Assembly: GCF_011386835.1 (NCBI RefSeq)
Contig: NC_088791.1
Coordinates: 19,592,001-19,656,000, forward strand
DNA length: 64,000 nucleotides
Direction of reading: 5' to 3'
Origin: Chrysemys picta bellii
Taxonomy: Eukaryota
Both the position numbers and the translations under genes were made by a program. Shown here in pieces: positions 22,737-36,600 of this stretch; positions within the stretch are counted from its first letter, which is position 1, and every line of letters begins with the position of its first letter. The notes beneath the pieces were generated by a model. That model ran no database searches. It was not told the origin of the DNA and saw only the letters and a list, made by a program, of their open reading frames with translations.

Positions 22737-22804
22737 CATGATGCTGCAGGTCAGAACAGTGAGTGAGAGGATCTCCATTTCGGATATCTTGTCGTCTAGT
22801 ACGC
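22737..22804 (-). CDS. SEMA3A: Semaphorin-3A coding exon 15 (furin site KRRTRR spans exons 14/15)
   Basis: 68 nt, ttag|G...CATG|gtaaga. RTRRQDIRNGDPLTHCSDLQHH. One codon longer than the human exon as I recall it, consistent with the 772-aa chicken/mouse form. Confidence 0.96.
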
Positions 22805-24111
22805 CTAAGAAAATCACATCAGAAAATGTTATTCACTTTCTCAGAGATGAAATTAAGTATTTGTGTTAGGTAAGCCAAAAAAGAAGGGCATTGTTATTTA
22901 CTGTTATATGGGGCATGCAACATCACATAGAAGACAGCAGGGTAAGTAAGGAACTTCATACTTTATTGCATTCTATAGCATTGTAGATAATAAACTTCTT
23001 CATGCTTCCAAATGAAGGCTTCAGTCATTGATAAATGCATGTGAATGTACAGTAAGCCCTCCTAAAAATACTGATTATGGGTAAATTCATCGGTCTTTTG
23101 AAATGTATATTAATAAGAGTACAATATGTACAAAGTGCAGCCTGTTTAATGTTTATTGAAAATACAAGGAATTTAAAATGGCACCATCTTGCTTACAAAC
23201 TGAGATTACATTAAATAGCCTAGCTTTATCGTTAGACTCTTCTAGATTATAGGCAAGAGGCTTATTTGGCAAACTACAATGTTACTGCTAGGGCTTAATA
23301 TATTTAGAGATGGATAGAATAATGTTTAACTCAACTTTCTTCTGGTTTGACCACAACCTTGGATCAAAATCTATATGAAAGTTTTTGCAAGTGGCTTTCA
23401 TTTTTAGTATGGGCTGAATTAAAATTCTGAATCGGAACATCCTTGAAAAATGGTCTATTCGAAGTTCAGATCTAAACTGTGTAGCTTGAATCCCTCTCTA
23501 GTTCTTATCACAGTCCCATTTAATATAACTTTATATTCTTCCTCCAATTTGCTCTCCATCTCTTCTCTTTGACAAAGTGTTGATCTGTTTGAAAAATGTT
23601 GTGTTTTACAGAAAACAAAACAAAACATATTTTTCTATACAGTTCTCTTTGGTTTGCATTTGTTGTGCTTGCTTTGTCTGTTTCTTTTCTTACCTAAACA
23701 GCTGTGATACATAACACAATTCATCCCATGAAAAGGAGTTTTATTTAAAAAAGAAGAAAAGAACAGGGCAAACAAAGATGTGTTTTGAGAACAAGCACTT
23801 TACTTTGGGAATAGGAGAAAACCAGAGGGATTGCAAAGTCAGGAGAGAGCAAAAAGGATTAGGTGGCCGAACAATATTGAGATGTCAGATTATGGCATCC
23901 ATTGACACATACAAAAAAGTGAAGTATCCTTGTAAGAGCCACACTTGATCTCACCCTTCAGTCACAATGGTACAAATTAAGCAAATATAATGGTTTCTGC
24001 AATACAGAGATCATCTCTTACCTCTCCCATTGTTAGAGTGAAAATCAGTTGGAACACAATTCATTAACAGCCCCAGAACTGATGGGGGAAGCATGCAGGG
24101 GGTTCTCCATT

Positions 24112-24681
24112 AGGGGTTATCAGCTGTGGAATTTGATTCTGGATCTGGGTGGGAATTTTTTGACAATCTCTCCATGAAAAAATGCTGATTTGTTGAAATC
24201 AAAATTATTTGTTAGAAGAAGGCAATTTCCACAAAATTCCCATTTCTGAAAAAAAAAGCACCTAAATATTATTTTCAAAAGTGATTTAGTCAGAGAGGAG
24301 CCTAAGATTCATTTATTTTTGAAAATGGGACTTATGAGCTATTGAACATTTCACCCAGCACTTATATAACTCTCTTCATCCATAGATTTCATGATGCATC
24401 TCCTCACTATCTCCCTCCGTGGGCATATCCAATTTTCACAATGCCCTGAATGAATAGATAGTCTATTGGGTATGCTGCATAGCTTAACAAACTTTGGCTA
24501 AAGGGAGAAATGGGCTGGAAAATGGTTTTCCCATCCCATAATTCTTTTTTTTTCAGAAACGGGAATTTTGTGGAAATTCTTCTCACAATTTTGATTTCAA
24601 CAAATCATCATTTTTTTCTTGGAGAGAGTGTCAAAAAATTCACACCCGGATCCAGAATCAAATTCCACAGCTGATACCCCT
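24112..24681. repeat. Long imperfect inverted repeat: ~140-bp arms (24112-24258, 24544-24681), 285-bp spacer
   Basis: The reverse complement of the right arm aligns by eye over its whole length to the left arm, with a few substitutions and one small indel cluster. Confidence 0.85.
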
Positions 24682-26056
24682 TAAGTCCCATTTTCAAAAG
24701 TGATTTTTAGGCACCAAGGAGACTAAGTTTTAATTTATTTCTGAAAATGGGACTTATGCGGTTTTGAACACTTCACCTTGGGTGCATGAATCCCACTGAA
24801 AATCAGTGGGACTTAGATGTCTTAGACACTTCTGTCTACCACTATTAATATCATATTTTCCAGTGTAATGACACAACAAGATGCATAAAGCATTTTAATA
24901 GAAGGCACCCTTCTGTGTTTAGGTGGATGTTCTAAAGATATACTTCATCTCTCTCACTCATTCCAGTTTGCACTGTATTTTCCCCATGGAAAGCTAGTTG
25001 CAATACGGGTGAATCAGAACCACACCCAGGCCCAAATGAGCTGCAAATGCAATGTTTGTCACTCCCTTCATAAATTCCACGGGCCAACTTATTTATAGAA
25101 TTCTATTTGTAGGAATTAGGCCTAATTAGACTCCCATTAATGTCAATGGATTTTGGATCAAGCATTTAGTTAGGATATCAAGCAAATGTCACACATTTCA
25201 GCATTAAGCCAGCATGGTGATCTATGAAACATGAGCTCCAAAGCATCTGCACAAGGCTGAGTCAAATGGTCACACTATAGGCTTTCTAAACTGTCATTTA
25301 GGCTCCTTAAAGATACACTGAGTGGGAAAAATATAAAAGACAGACAGATAAAGAAAATGACTATAAGCAAATCATCTCTACACATGCACCAAGCCACAGC
25401 ATTCCCAACACTTTTGGAATCTGGACTTGTAGAGATGCATTAGTGGGAGGCCATGGCATTTGAGTTCTTTCCAGGAATGCTCATTTTGTGACTGGTGTAT
25501 TTAGTTTATCTTCTTTACCTCCCCCGGGAAGAATTATTTTGCCTCAAATTATTTCAATATTCTGGTGCATGTTTCATAAGCAGCTTCCCCCCCCCCCCCA
25601 AGTGTTTGCTTAGGCTACACTGAGGTACAAAGCTTGACATTTCAATCCTCTCCAGCTGAAATATCTGTGGAGGAAACTCTCCCTACTGTCCCTTACATTA
25701 TCTCATCCCTTCCAGCAGCCAACCAACAACCCCCCCCATCCCCTGCCCCCCAGAGTTAAATACGTTTTGGAAGCATGAAATTCCTAACTGAAGTATTTGT
25801 AAACTTTAGCTTCAAGATGAAGTTTGCCTCTTCTGTACATAAATGCTTGGATCTCTCATGTCTCCTTTGATGTAAGACACTTATGGCATATTCCCTTTTA
25901 CATTATCACCATCTGAGCAATTTTTTTTTTTTGCAATAATTTGTCTAAAATACTGATAGTTACAAAGTGATGATATGCTGACCATGGGCCAAATTCTGAT
26001 CTGATTTGCAACAATATTTATCTATTAAGTTATTCCAGATTTACATGTGAGTAATT

Positions 26057-26283
26057 AAGTATCGGGGGTAGCCGTGTTAGTCTGTATCCACAAAAACAAC
26101 AAGGAGTCCGGTGGCACCTTAAAGACTAACAGATTTATTTGGGCATAAGCTTTTGTGGATAAAAAAACTCACTTCTTCAGATGCCTGGAGTCTGAAGAAG
26201 TGAGGTTTTTTACCCACAAAAGCTTATGCCCAAATAAATCTGTTATTCTTTAAGGTGTCACCGGACTTCTTGTTGTTTATACC
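26057..26283. mobile_element. Penelope-like element terminal fragment forming an 88-bp-arm hairpin
   Basis: gggtagccgtgttagtctgtatcc...gcataagc... is the common turtle Penelope-type end as I recall it. Arms 26094-26181 and 26191-26278; probable TSD TGAGTAATT (26048-26056, 26284-26292). Confidence 0.75.
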
Positions 26284-26652
26284 TGAGTAATTGACAGCAG
26301 ATTATAGACCCTGGCCCAAAATCAATTCTTAATAGCGATAGATTTATTTGGAGGCTAAAAATGCATGTTTTAAAAACGTTAAGCTAAACAGCTACTCCAC
26401 AGTACTTAGAAAAATACAAATATTATTTTTCATGTACAGGGCCTGATACTTCTTCACGATGCCTCTTGTGTAATCATTTACATCTGTGCAAAGTGAGTGT
26501 AAAATGCTATCAAGTCAGAATGGCTACACCAGTTTTGCACAAGTTGCAGAGCACTAGAGAATAAGGTGGTATCTATCTGTCAGTTTTCATTAAGTCCCAA
26601 ATGCTTTCTCATTCAGTTAGCATCACAACAACTTTTGAAAGTGTAGGGCAAT

Positions 26653-26776
26653 TAGGGTGACCAGATGTCCCGATTTTATAGGGACAGTCCCGGTTTTTGG
26701 GGCTTTTTCTTATATAGGCTCCTATTACCCCTCACTCCCTGTCCCGATTTTTCACATTTGCTGTCTGGTCACCCTA
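26653..26776. mobile_element. hAT (Blackjack/MER81-like end) MITE, 124 bp
   Basis: TIRs TAGGGTGACCAGA / TCTGGTCACCCTA and perfect 8-bp TSD AGGGCAAT (26645-26652, 26777-26784). Confidence 0.9.
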
Positions 26777-27149
26777 AGGGCAATGATGTTACAGTTGTTA
26801 AATACCTGTATTCATAAGTGTGTAATGATTGCAGGCCTGAGCTCTCAATGAATTTTCTCTCCATTTTTTATTGTTGACATTTTTCATTGTATAAGACAGC
26901 AGATTTCCATCTCAGAGATGGCACCATTGTTTGTTTTTTTATCATGGACTTTCCAAGCCATCCCCCAAAGTAGCAATGTTCACTTACCAAGACTTGATAT
27001 TGCTTGTAACTTTCACAAATACGTTTTCTTTGAAATAGAAAGGGCTCCAAATAACCACCCCAGGAAAAACCTCGAAATCCCACAGGTCACCTCTCAGATC
27101 ATCAATTAAAGCAAGTGGTATATAATGCAGATATGTGCAACTGTCCCTA

Positions 27150-27344
<195 letters not shown>

Positions 27345-27671
27345 TCACTGGAAAGACATGCACAATACATCAAAAATATATATAGTGAGGGCTGATTCTG
27401 ATCTCATTTACATGGGTTTTACACCAGTGTGTCTACAGTGACTTCGGTGATATTGCTCCTGATTTACACACATGTGAGCGAGAGGCAAATCAGCCCCAAT
27501 ATTAAAAAAAAAAGTCCAAGTAAGAAAATTATTTCCTGTTTCTATGGTACAAATTCTGATACTGATTTTTGTATGAAACCTCCACGGACGTCAATGGAAT
27601 TGCCACAAGTGAAGCGAGGTAGACTACGTCTCTAAGTTCCTATCCTTCAATACCATAAAAATGGCAAAATT

Positions 27672-28008
27672 AGGTCAGACCAATGGACAATGTAGCCCAG
27701 TATCCTGTCTTCTGACAGTGGCCAGTGCCAGATGCTTCAGCGGACGTGAACAGAACAGGGCAACTATCACGTGACCCATCCCCTGTCATCCATTCCCAGC
27801 TTCTGGTAGTCAGAGGTTTAGGGACATCAAGAACATGTGTTGCATCCCTGACCATCCTGGCTAACATCCATTGATGGACCTATTCTCCAGGCATCTATCT
27901 AATTCTTTTTTGAATCCAGTTATACTTTTCGCCTTCACAGCATCCCCTGGCAACAAGTTACACATATTGACTGTGTGTTGTGTGACAAAGTACTTCCTTA
28001 TGTGTTTT
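27672..28008 (-). mobile_element. CR1 3' region fragment
   Basis: Reverse complement of the CR1 3'UTR whose plus-strand form is at 31050..31181 (cccagtatcctgtc...cagtggccagtgccagatgc). Confidence 0.75.
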
Positions 28009-28669
28009 CACTCCAAAGTGTAATAGGTTTCAAGTACACCAATGTACCCATTTTTGATTCGTCAAAAATGATTTCTAATAAATCTCTCTAGAATGAGAGG
28101 CTCTGAACTGAACAGAAGCACAGAGAGTCATAGGAAATCTAAAATAAATTAACTAAGACCAAAAGAAAGTTGCTTAAAGATTTTACTTATTATGGGACAG
28201 TTGAGAATGTTCAATCGGTTAAGTATATTATGTGGTTTAGGAATCCTATAATCAAGAGGGTATCCAAATCACTCTACTTGCTTCTCTTTAAAGCAATGTA
28301 TTTAGGATCCAGTTGTTGACCATTATGCTGGACACTAATAATAAATAATTCCAGCCAATATGAAACTCAAAAAATGGTAATGGAGTCATCCCCATGAATG
28401 GCCTGACACTGCACTCTCACAAGACGATTTGTGTTTAATACATCAGCTGATTATCAAATCAAATTACAGCAAGAGAAGCTGTCCATTGAAGAGATCTTTT
28501 CAAACTGCTGAAACAACAGCACTATAGGGAAGATCTGCAGGTTAAGGGAGGGTCAAAATACGTGGCAGTGGTCTCCATTTGCCATCACTTACCACACATT
28601 CATGTCTGAGATACAACTGTTTTTCCTGTGGTTTGGAATAACAGATGTAAAATGCATCCCTGTACAGCA

Positions 28670-29225
28670 AGCCAGCACAAGGCCGTGAAAGTGTGGCATA
28701 GGTTTTGTACGGCTCTTGGGAGTTTGGGGTGTGCTCTGGGCTGGGATCGAGGGGTTTGGAGGGCAGGAGGGGGATCAGGGCTGGGGCAGGGGGTTGGGGC
28801 ATGGGGAAAGCCTCAGTGGTGCAGGCTCCGGGCGGCACTTACCTCAAGCAGATCCTGGAAGCAGAGGCATGTCCCTTCTCCGGCTCCTACGCGGAGGTGC
28901 GGCCAGGTGGCTCTGCACGCTGCCTCATCCTCAAGCATCGCCCCTGCAGCTCCCATTGACAGCAGTTCCTGGCCAATGGGAACTGCGGGGGTGGCGCTTG
29001 GGGCAGGGGCAGCGTGCAGAGTGGAGCCCCCGGGCTGCCCCTGTGTGTAGGAGCCAGAAGGGGGCCATGCCGCTGCTTCCAGGAGTGGTCCCCGTCTCTG
29101 CTCCCCGGCTGGAGGGCCGGAGAGGGGCAAGCCCCAGACCCTGCTCCCCAGCGGAAGCTCAAGGGCTGGATTAAAATGGCTGATGGGCCGGATATGGCCC
29201 ACGGGCCGTAGTTTGCCCACCCCAG
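28670..29225. mobile_element. GC-rich hAT/Charlie-type element, one terminus
   Basis: Ends gggccggatatggcccacgggccgtagtttgcccacccc, a Charlie/MER-type terminus. The overlapping GC-rich ORFs here are non-coding by-products. Confidence 0.7.
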
Positions 29226-30611
29226 CCTAGAATTATTACGTTATTATGATGTTTATGTGAAACCCCACAACTTAAACACAATGACTAATGTGTTTGAGAT
29301 GTAAAACCTAGAGCATCTTTTAATCATAAATATAGTGTTGAAGCATGTTGCCAAATACTTCTTTGATACAAAGTCTCTGTGCCAAAAGCATGTCATGCTG
29401 AATCATGATTCTGTCATTTTTAATCCAAGGCTGGCTGATATTTCAAAAGCTTAATTTTGCCTGAATAACTCATACTGTGCTCTTTCTAGTTTTAGACAAT
29501 ATTAATATTGTAATTTGTTTTCTAATGACTTGGGGGAAATTGTAATCCCTCCTAAGTAAATAAAGATGCTTTGAAGAAGTTGTTATATTAAAATGCACAG
29601 GCCATTATACAATACAATCAGCTGTCTTAAAAGAATGTACTTGTAAAAATAATCCAAAGCAGAGCATTTTGGTATGATGTGAACATATACACCACTTGAC
29701 AGGTTTGTTTGTAAATGGTACATTCTTTTTAAGCCACCGTTTTTGTTGGTTTGGGTGATATGTCAGGGAAGTGGCCCCAAACAAAATGTTTTGTGTCAAA
29801 TACTGCACATTTTCAGGCAGGTTTCCAATATACAATGGATTCCTAGTTGTATTTTCAGCATTTGAAATGGAGAGTTGAGCTTTGTTCATTAGAAAATACA
29901 ATTTAGCCCTTTGAAGGGTGCCCTCACAAGGCCAATACACCACTTAAGACCTATTTCAACAGGGCATAGGTCTCATTGTGACTCTTTGCTGAGAGGTGTT
30001 GTACACCATTATTAATGGACCCAATCCTGCAACAACTTACTATCAGGTATTAGTACCGGAACTTCAATGGGAATACTCATGTTAGTAAGCAAGATACTAA
30101 TTCGTATTTTCATAATCATTCCCAAAGTCAGCAAAACTGGGAAAAAATCACCTCTCTATTTTATATATCTATAATATAAGCTACTATAAAGCATACCGGG
30201 GGTGACTATGCTTCCACTTAAATCAATGAAGGGTTTTGTCACTAACTTTGCAGGAAACAGCACTGGATCCATATGTGTAAAGGGCCAAATTCAGACATGT
30301 TGTAAGTGAGTGCAATGCCTCTAAACTCCATAGCTTCTTAGTCACTGGAGCATTTGGTAATGTGGAATTTTTCTACAAGCAGCTGGTTAGTTAGTGTTTA
30401 GTTTACACCTTGCCAGTAAAGCACAAAACTAACTTTTTCCTTTCTCCACTGCCTGACACATTTTCCTTGAGAAACTGCTGATGTTTATGTAAAGGGATGG
30501 GATGTTGCTGGTATAATTAATATGCCTCTCCTAAGTGCCAAGTTACTGTCTCTGAAATATACAGGCCAATAAATATTTTAAAAAGTGATTTAAAGCTTGT
30601 GCATACAGTAC

Positions 30612-30653
30612 CTGCTTTGTGGAAATCTTCATGGCAGAAATAACAGTGGGTTC
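30612..30653 (-). CDS. SEMA3A: Semaphorin-3A coding exon 13 (42-nt exon)
   Basis: 42 nt, ctag|GAA...CAG|gtactg. EPTVISAMKISTKQ; keeps the frame between exons 12 and 14. Confidence 0.95.
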
Positions 30654-31049
30654 CTAGAAAAAAAACATTAAAATGGGTTAAAATGTAAAATGTGCTTTTT
30701 ATAAACACGAAATTAGTGCTAGAGGGTCATCTACCAGCTAAGAAACTCTTTGGATCCTTTGAAGCATTTCTTGCTGACTATTACAATGAAAGGTTTTTAT
30801 TGTTATAGGTGAATTAGAATGCATATGCATTTGTGCCTGTGCATGTGTCAATTCAACATCACGATTTATCAATCATTTCTCATACTTCATTATTCCAGAG
30901 TTATTGGTTTTGTTGTTTGTTTCACTTTTTGAAATTCATTTCTGCTCATACTGTTAAATTTAAATTTACAGGAATGTATCCATCTAGCATGCATAGAGAA
31001 AAGCTTCAGAATAAATATTAATATGATAAGGTGCAGGTGACGGAACCCA

Positions 31050-31181
31050 AATGATCACTTGATCATTACCTGTTAGGTTCATTCCCTCTGGGGCACCTGG
31101 CATTGGTTACTGTCGGAGACAGGATACTGGGCTGAATGGACCTTTGGTCAAACCCAGTATGGCCGTTCTTATGTTCTTATG
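31050..31181 (+). mobile_element. CR1 (or CR1-dependent SINE) 3' end
   Basis: ...ggcattggttactgtcggagacaggatactgggc...ggccgttcttatgttcttatg, with the TTCTTATG tail repeat. Confidence 0.8.
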
Positions 31182-33074
31182 TAAATAAACCAATCATTTT
31201 AATAATACCTAGATGAAGACCCCAGTCCTGCAAACACTTATTCATGTGACTAGCTCTCCTCACATGAGTAGTCCTATTGACTGTATTGGGATTGCTCATG
31301 CTTATGTTTCTGGAATGCGGAGCTCATACTGGTAGTAAATTTGTATACAGTGAAGTATTTAATCAATATAATGGGCAAATCCTGCTCACCTTACTCAGGC
31401 ACTGACTTCTAGGGAACATTATGCCTGAGTAAAGTTAGCAGATTTTGGACCCATACATAGTTTCCTATATAAATTATTGTAGCTTTATAATCACGTTAAT
31501 AAAATAATGGATTTAGTCTTGATCGTAAAGGGTTTTTTGTTTTATTTTATGTTGATAGGGTAGTCCCAGTAACTTCAGTGGGATTAGTTATGTAAGTAAA
31601 AGCTACAGGACTGAGCCCTTAATGAGTAATTCTAACAAAGTTTAAGTTTCAGTGCAGTGTAAAACCTTATTACATGCAATGCAAAAGAGTACTACTAACT
31701 GACCCTATGCATCATGTTTTTAGCAAGGTATATTAATATAGTTCGCATTAAGTTTTCAACCTGCTGATCCTGGGAGAATTTGATATGGCTGAGTGGATGC
31801 TAAGCATGTGGACTCCTTTACAAATGGGTTAATAGACCTGGTATTAGAAAGCATCAATTACGTGTTACATTTGAATGAAAATTGAACTCATTTGCTTGTT
31901 TGCTCAGCTGTTCTGGGGAATATTTCACAATTCGGGTTAAAAAAGGCATTTGTTATCAATGTAACAGATCTGGAAGGTTTTCAGTTTGGTGGATTTATAA
32001 ATGAAAACCATTGTATTCCTCATACTGCGGCTCAAACAGTGAAATACATTCTTCATGACACAGAGATAGCCTCTTCTGTAGCCAGTAAAAACTCAGATAT
32101 GGTAGGTTCCATCTAAAATTTATTGCAAAATTTCTATTAAAAGATCTAATTCCTGTTTACTCCAAGGCCTCCTTAAATATTAAACTAAGGAGGCCTTAAT
32201 GTCAATGAGAATCAGGCCCAAACTATTTTTATATAACACAAAAGATGCACCAGTAAATTTAAAACCCAAATCCTAATTTGCCATTCAGTGTAGTGCTGCT
32301 GCAAATCCAGTGTGGAAAATAACATTGATTCAGTTTTTCCTAATTTACTCTCCTATTTCTTTGATCTCTTGGCACTTCTGCTTTATTTAAGGAAGAAACT
32401 CCTATGCTATCAAAGTTGCCAGATTACCCTGCAGAGTACATAATAATCTTGCTACATGTTAAAGAGAGAAAAGCCAGAAGCCACAAATTACACTTCTAAT
32501 TTTCCCTTCATAGCTTCTAATTTACATTTGTGTTAGAAAACCCCAAAACAACAAAAAACTCAAACCCACAAAAAAATGAAACACAGCCTGACAGTGACCA
32601 ATCTCTGGGCGGTGATTCTTGTGCAAACTTTGCCTGTGAAGCATAGAATGCTGAAAGTAAACATTTCTATAAAATCTGCCCAAATATGTTGTGTCTACTG
32701 TCAAACCAAAGATATAGTGATATAGGATGAAGAGAGGAATAATTCAGCAAACTCAAATGTTTTATTGTAGCACAGAAAACATGGAACATCCCTGGGGATC
32801 TATCTGACATGATTCAGAAAAAAGTTTGATTTATTTGGGCTAAATTTTCAGAAGTGACTAGTGGATGCTTCACTTGGGGTAAGATGTGGGGCAACTCGCA
32901 GTACTTTAAAGGGACTTGATTTTCATAAAATGCTGAGCTCCCATACTCTTAAAATCAGGCCTTTTTAAGCTATCTCAAGTCAGGCACCTAACAATGGAGA
33001 CACCCAACGTCCCTTCTGAAAATTTAGGCCCTCTGTTCCTTTTGGTTTTGAAGGCAACCGTAAATGGTACCAGA

Positions 33075-33077
<3 letters not shown>

Positions 33078-33106
<29 letters not shown>
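33078..33106 (+). repeat. Poly(A) tract, 29 nt
   Basis: Direct reading. Confidence 0.95.
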
Positions 33107-33109
<3 letters not shown>

Positions 33110-33600
33110 CTGGAGGCCAACATTTTGCCTAAGAGAGGTAAAGTGTATATTTCATGTGTATTTGTAACGTTTTCACTGAGGTGTCATGGAAGCTCGAGGA
33201 ATAAGACTGAAGAATCTCCTCCTGCCCTGATAATCTGAATTGTTTCTAATAGCCACATATGTAGTTATTATTTTGCATAACCTTCTGGGAGAGGATGGGT
33301 GGGGAGATTCCAGAAAATACACATTGTTTAACTGTAACTGACAATCACTGAAAGATTTAGTGATTCTAATTTACCATTGAAACAGCACAACAAGAATCAG
33401 GAATGTTATTTCTTTTATCATTAACCTCCAACTAGCATTGGAAGCTTCAAGGTTTATTTTGACTAGTGTCTGGGTGTGTAATGGACAAGCTAATTAGAAG
33501 AATATGCCAGGCTACTCCTTGGCGATCCTGCAACAAGTTCAGCTTGCAGCTGTCCACAGAAAAATCTACAACCTGACACTTGAAATTCAGCAGCACTTAC

Positions 33601-33692
33601 CCGAAAGATTGCCATTTCTTCCAGCAAGACTTCTTCTAAATCATGCCAAGTCTCCTTAGGAATTGAAACCACTTTAAGAACCGTCCCAATAT
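33601..33692 (-). CDS. SEMA3A: Semaphorin-3A coding exon 12
   Basis: 92 nt, taaag|AT...CGG|gtaagt. (D)IGTVLKVVSIPKETWHDLEEVLLEEMAIFR, inside ORF 33490..33711. Confidence 0.97.
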
Positions 33693-36600
33693 CTTTAAAA
33701 GAAAAAAACATGTTTTCAGGTGCTTAATAAGTAGACTCCAATTTAAGGGCAACCAGAATTTCTTGATCTTTTGCCATATGCAATTATTTCCATACAAGGG
33801 TCCTGACACTACATATTGCTGAGAACTGACTCCACACAATACCCACTGACATTTGAAATGAACTAGCAGGGTTTTGAATTTCAATAAAGCATTGTTCTGA
33901 AATTTCTTAATTGTGGAAGTTCAACAGAAAAATGATTCATTACTCTGCTTCAGCTGTTAAAGAATGAACAGGACAGCACAATATTATTAGATTGGTGTCA
34001 TGAAATGTCAGCTGCCTCAGAGGTATTATTATAGATGGGAATGTGCTAAATTTACTCAGCCACATTTTATTAGCCATTCTGAAGTAGGAAGTTTTTCATA
34101 CTTGTTTTAAAATACACGTGCAGATGTTATTAGAAGGCTCATTGTGGACACAAGGACAGCTGGAAGAATGTTGTCAAACTGATGAAGTTGTCAGTTCTTT
34201 TAAGTACATGCTGTCCTGGTGTCAAGCAAAAGTGTCTAAGACTTATATGTCCCTAAAGATATTTGTATTTCTATTATGTGATGAATGGCATTAGCCTTGT
34301 TTCAGGATAAAACAACAACAGCCCTGTACAACTTGTATCTTTTAATTAGAGATAGGTTTGCACCAAGGGCTCGATTCTACACTCATTTAGGTTACTGAGA
34401 GTTTTTCCACTGACGTTAATGTGAGCAGGTTCAGGTCTCAAAACCCCAGCGCTAAACACCCCCTCAAAGACGTATGAAAGTCTGGATTTGGAACTGAACT
34501 TTCTAACGTATGACTATCTCTCTATTTAACCTTTGAAGCATATATCTGTGCTTCATTTTGCATAAACCAACTTTCTGGAAACAGTTGCAATTTTGCCAGC
34601 TTAAACCAAAACCTAGCATTTCTGGTTTGTCAAAGATTACCAAAGACTTTTAGCAGTAACAAGACATGTGTGTTATAATTCAGTGTTTGAGGTCTGCTAA
34701 GCGTGATGCAATACAATCACATTGTAGAAAGCTAAAAGCATTCACCCTCTGAAAATCAAGCCCCTTTAGGGTGTCTCAAGATCAGCACCTACAATCACTA
34801 GTCACTTTGGAAAATTTAGGTTATTTTTAAAGCCCTGCGGTAAAGGCATTAAGCATAATAAAAATATAGAGAGTCAACATTCTTCCTAGTACAAGGATTT
34901 CCCAAGAATAACTATTAAATATGGTCAAAAATGCTCTGTTGGAAAATTCTTCATTTTTCCATCAGAAAATGCTGATTCAACTACATCAAAATGTTTAGCG
35001 GGCAAGTATCTATTTTGACCAAAAATAGATACTTATTGAAATAGTTTGTTCTGATAAGGTTGGAATGTTCCATTTCTACTTTATCATTTTGACATTATCA
35101 TTCTGAATGTTATATTACATTTTACTTTACGATATCATATAAAAGTGGAAACAATAAAAGTCAAAATGAAACATTTGGACCCTACTGAAACAAAATATTT
35201 TTACCTTTATAGAAATGAAATGTTTTGATAAAGTAAAAACAATTTTTTGCATTATTTTATTCTGTGAAAAAAATTATAGTTATCAAGTTTGTATCTTAAT
35301 TGGGACAAAAGAAAATTTCAAAATCTCATAAATTCCCATGAGACAGAAATGCTGTTTCTTGACCAACTCTAATAACTGTCTTATGAACAAGTTGAAATCT
35401 AAATATTTATGCCGAGGAGGGTTTTTTTTTTTTTAAACAGTACATCTTTGTTTAATTTTTCCACAACATGTCAATTGCAATCTAATCTCTTTCATGAACT
35501 CCAAATTTGCAGATGCAATTTTTAAAGGAAAATGAAAATAAAATAAATCTCTTAAAAGGAAGTTTTGCCTTTTATTTAAAATACTGCATGTATGATTTTG
35601 TCTCATGAAAAATACTAGATGGACAGTTATGAAATCTTTGGTTATTCACTATTATTATTACTAATTATTTTTAAATATTTACTTTGAGCAATATACTTAA
35701 AAGTCGCTTTACAGAACATCATAGAACAAGCAGAACATAACTTAAAACAAAAACTCCTGAACTTTCCACAACTATCCAGAAAAACTAAGAATTCATTATT
35801 AAGGTTATTAGCAATATGAGAATTGGAAACTGCCCTAATTACCCTGGCTCCAATTTGGTAATTGTGGTTTGGAGAAAAACCTGCCAACATCAGAGAGACG
35901 ACTTCAAGCTAATGAACATAACAGGGTGTCACGGTTTGTAGGGCTTTACACGGTATTAGTACAGGACTGTCATCAGTACAACATTTATAGTCTATTGAAT
36001 GCTACATTTTGGGACAGCATAAATGGAGTTTTGATAAAGAGAAGCAAGAGGAGTTTTGGAATCTGAGCAGGGCAGATAGACACTGTAGCTCTAAGCATCA
36101 CATTTTTTAAATAAATGCTTTTCTTTTAAGAAGATCCTGCAATGATTATGGTAGCTTGGTTCTGCAGAAAGCCCTTGAGGTCAAAGGTACAATATGTTAA
36201 GCACTATGGCGACTCTGATCAGGCCTCAGGTACCAAAGTGGTGTTTTATCTGTGTTCTAGATCAAGTTTTACAGAGTAGTATTTCAAACAATTTCACACA
36301 AATTGAATTGGGCTTCTCTTTTAGGATCAATGGGCTCTGGTGAGTAACTCAGTTTAGAAGATAAGATTACTGTTATTAATTCACTTTACTGACAGATGTA
36401 CCTAGACTGTGCCAAATAATCCCCCACATCAGATATTCAGGATACGCTTTAAATGGATACATTGGAACCTGTTTTTTTCACAGACATATTTTCAGGCATT
36501 CCAATATAATTTTGTTTCCACTGTGGAGTAGCTAGGGGATAGTCCTTGTTACAGTGACAATGAGAAAGAAACTGCTTGGACGAAGATTTCACCCACAGGA

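Noticed and set aside
28542-29220. Cluster of overlapping 65-152 aa ORFs on both strands
   Set aside because: They lie in a GC-rich hAT element where stops are rare; low-complexity Gly/Pro/Ala products with no domain.
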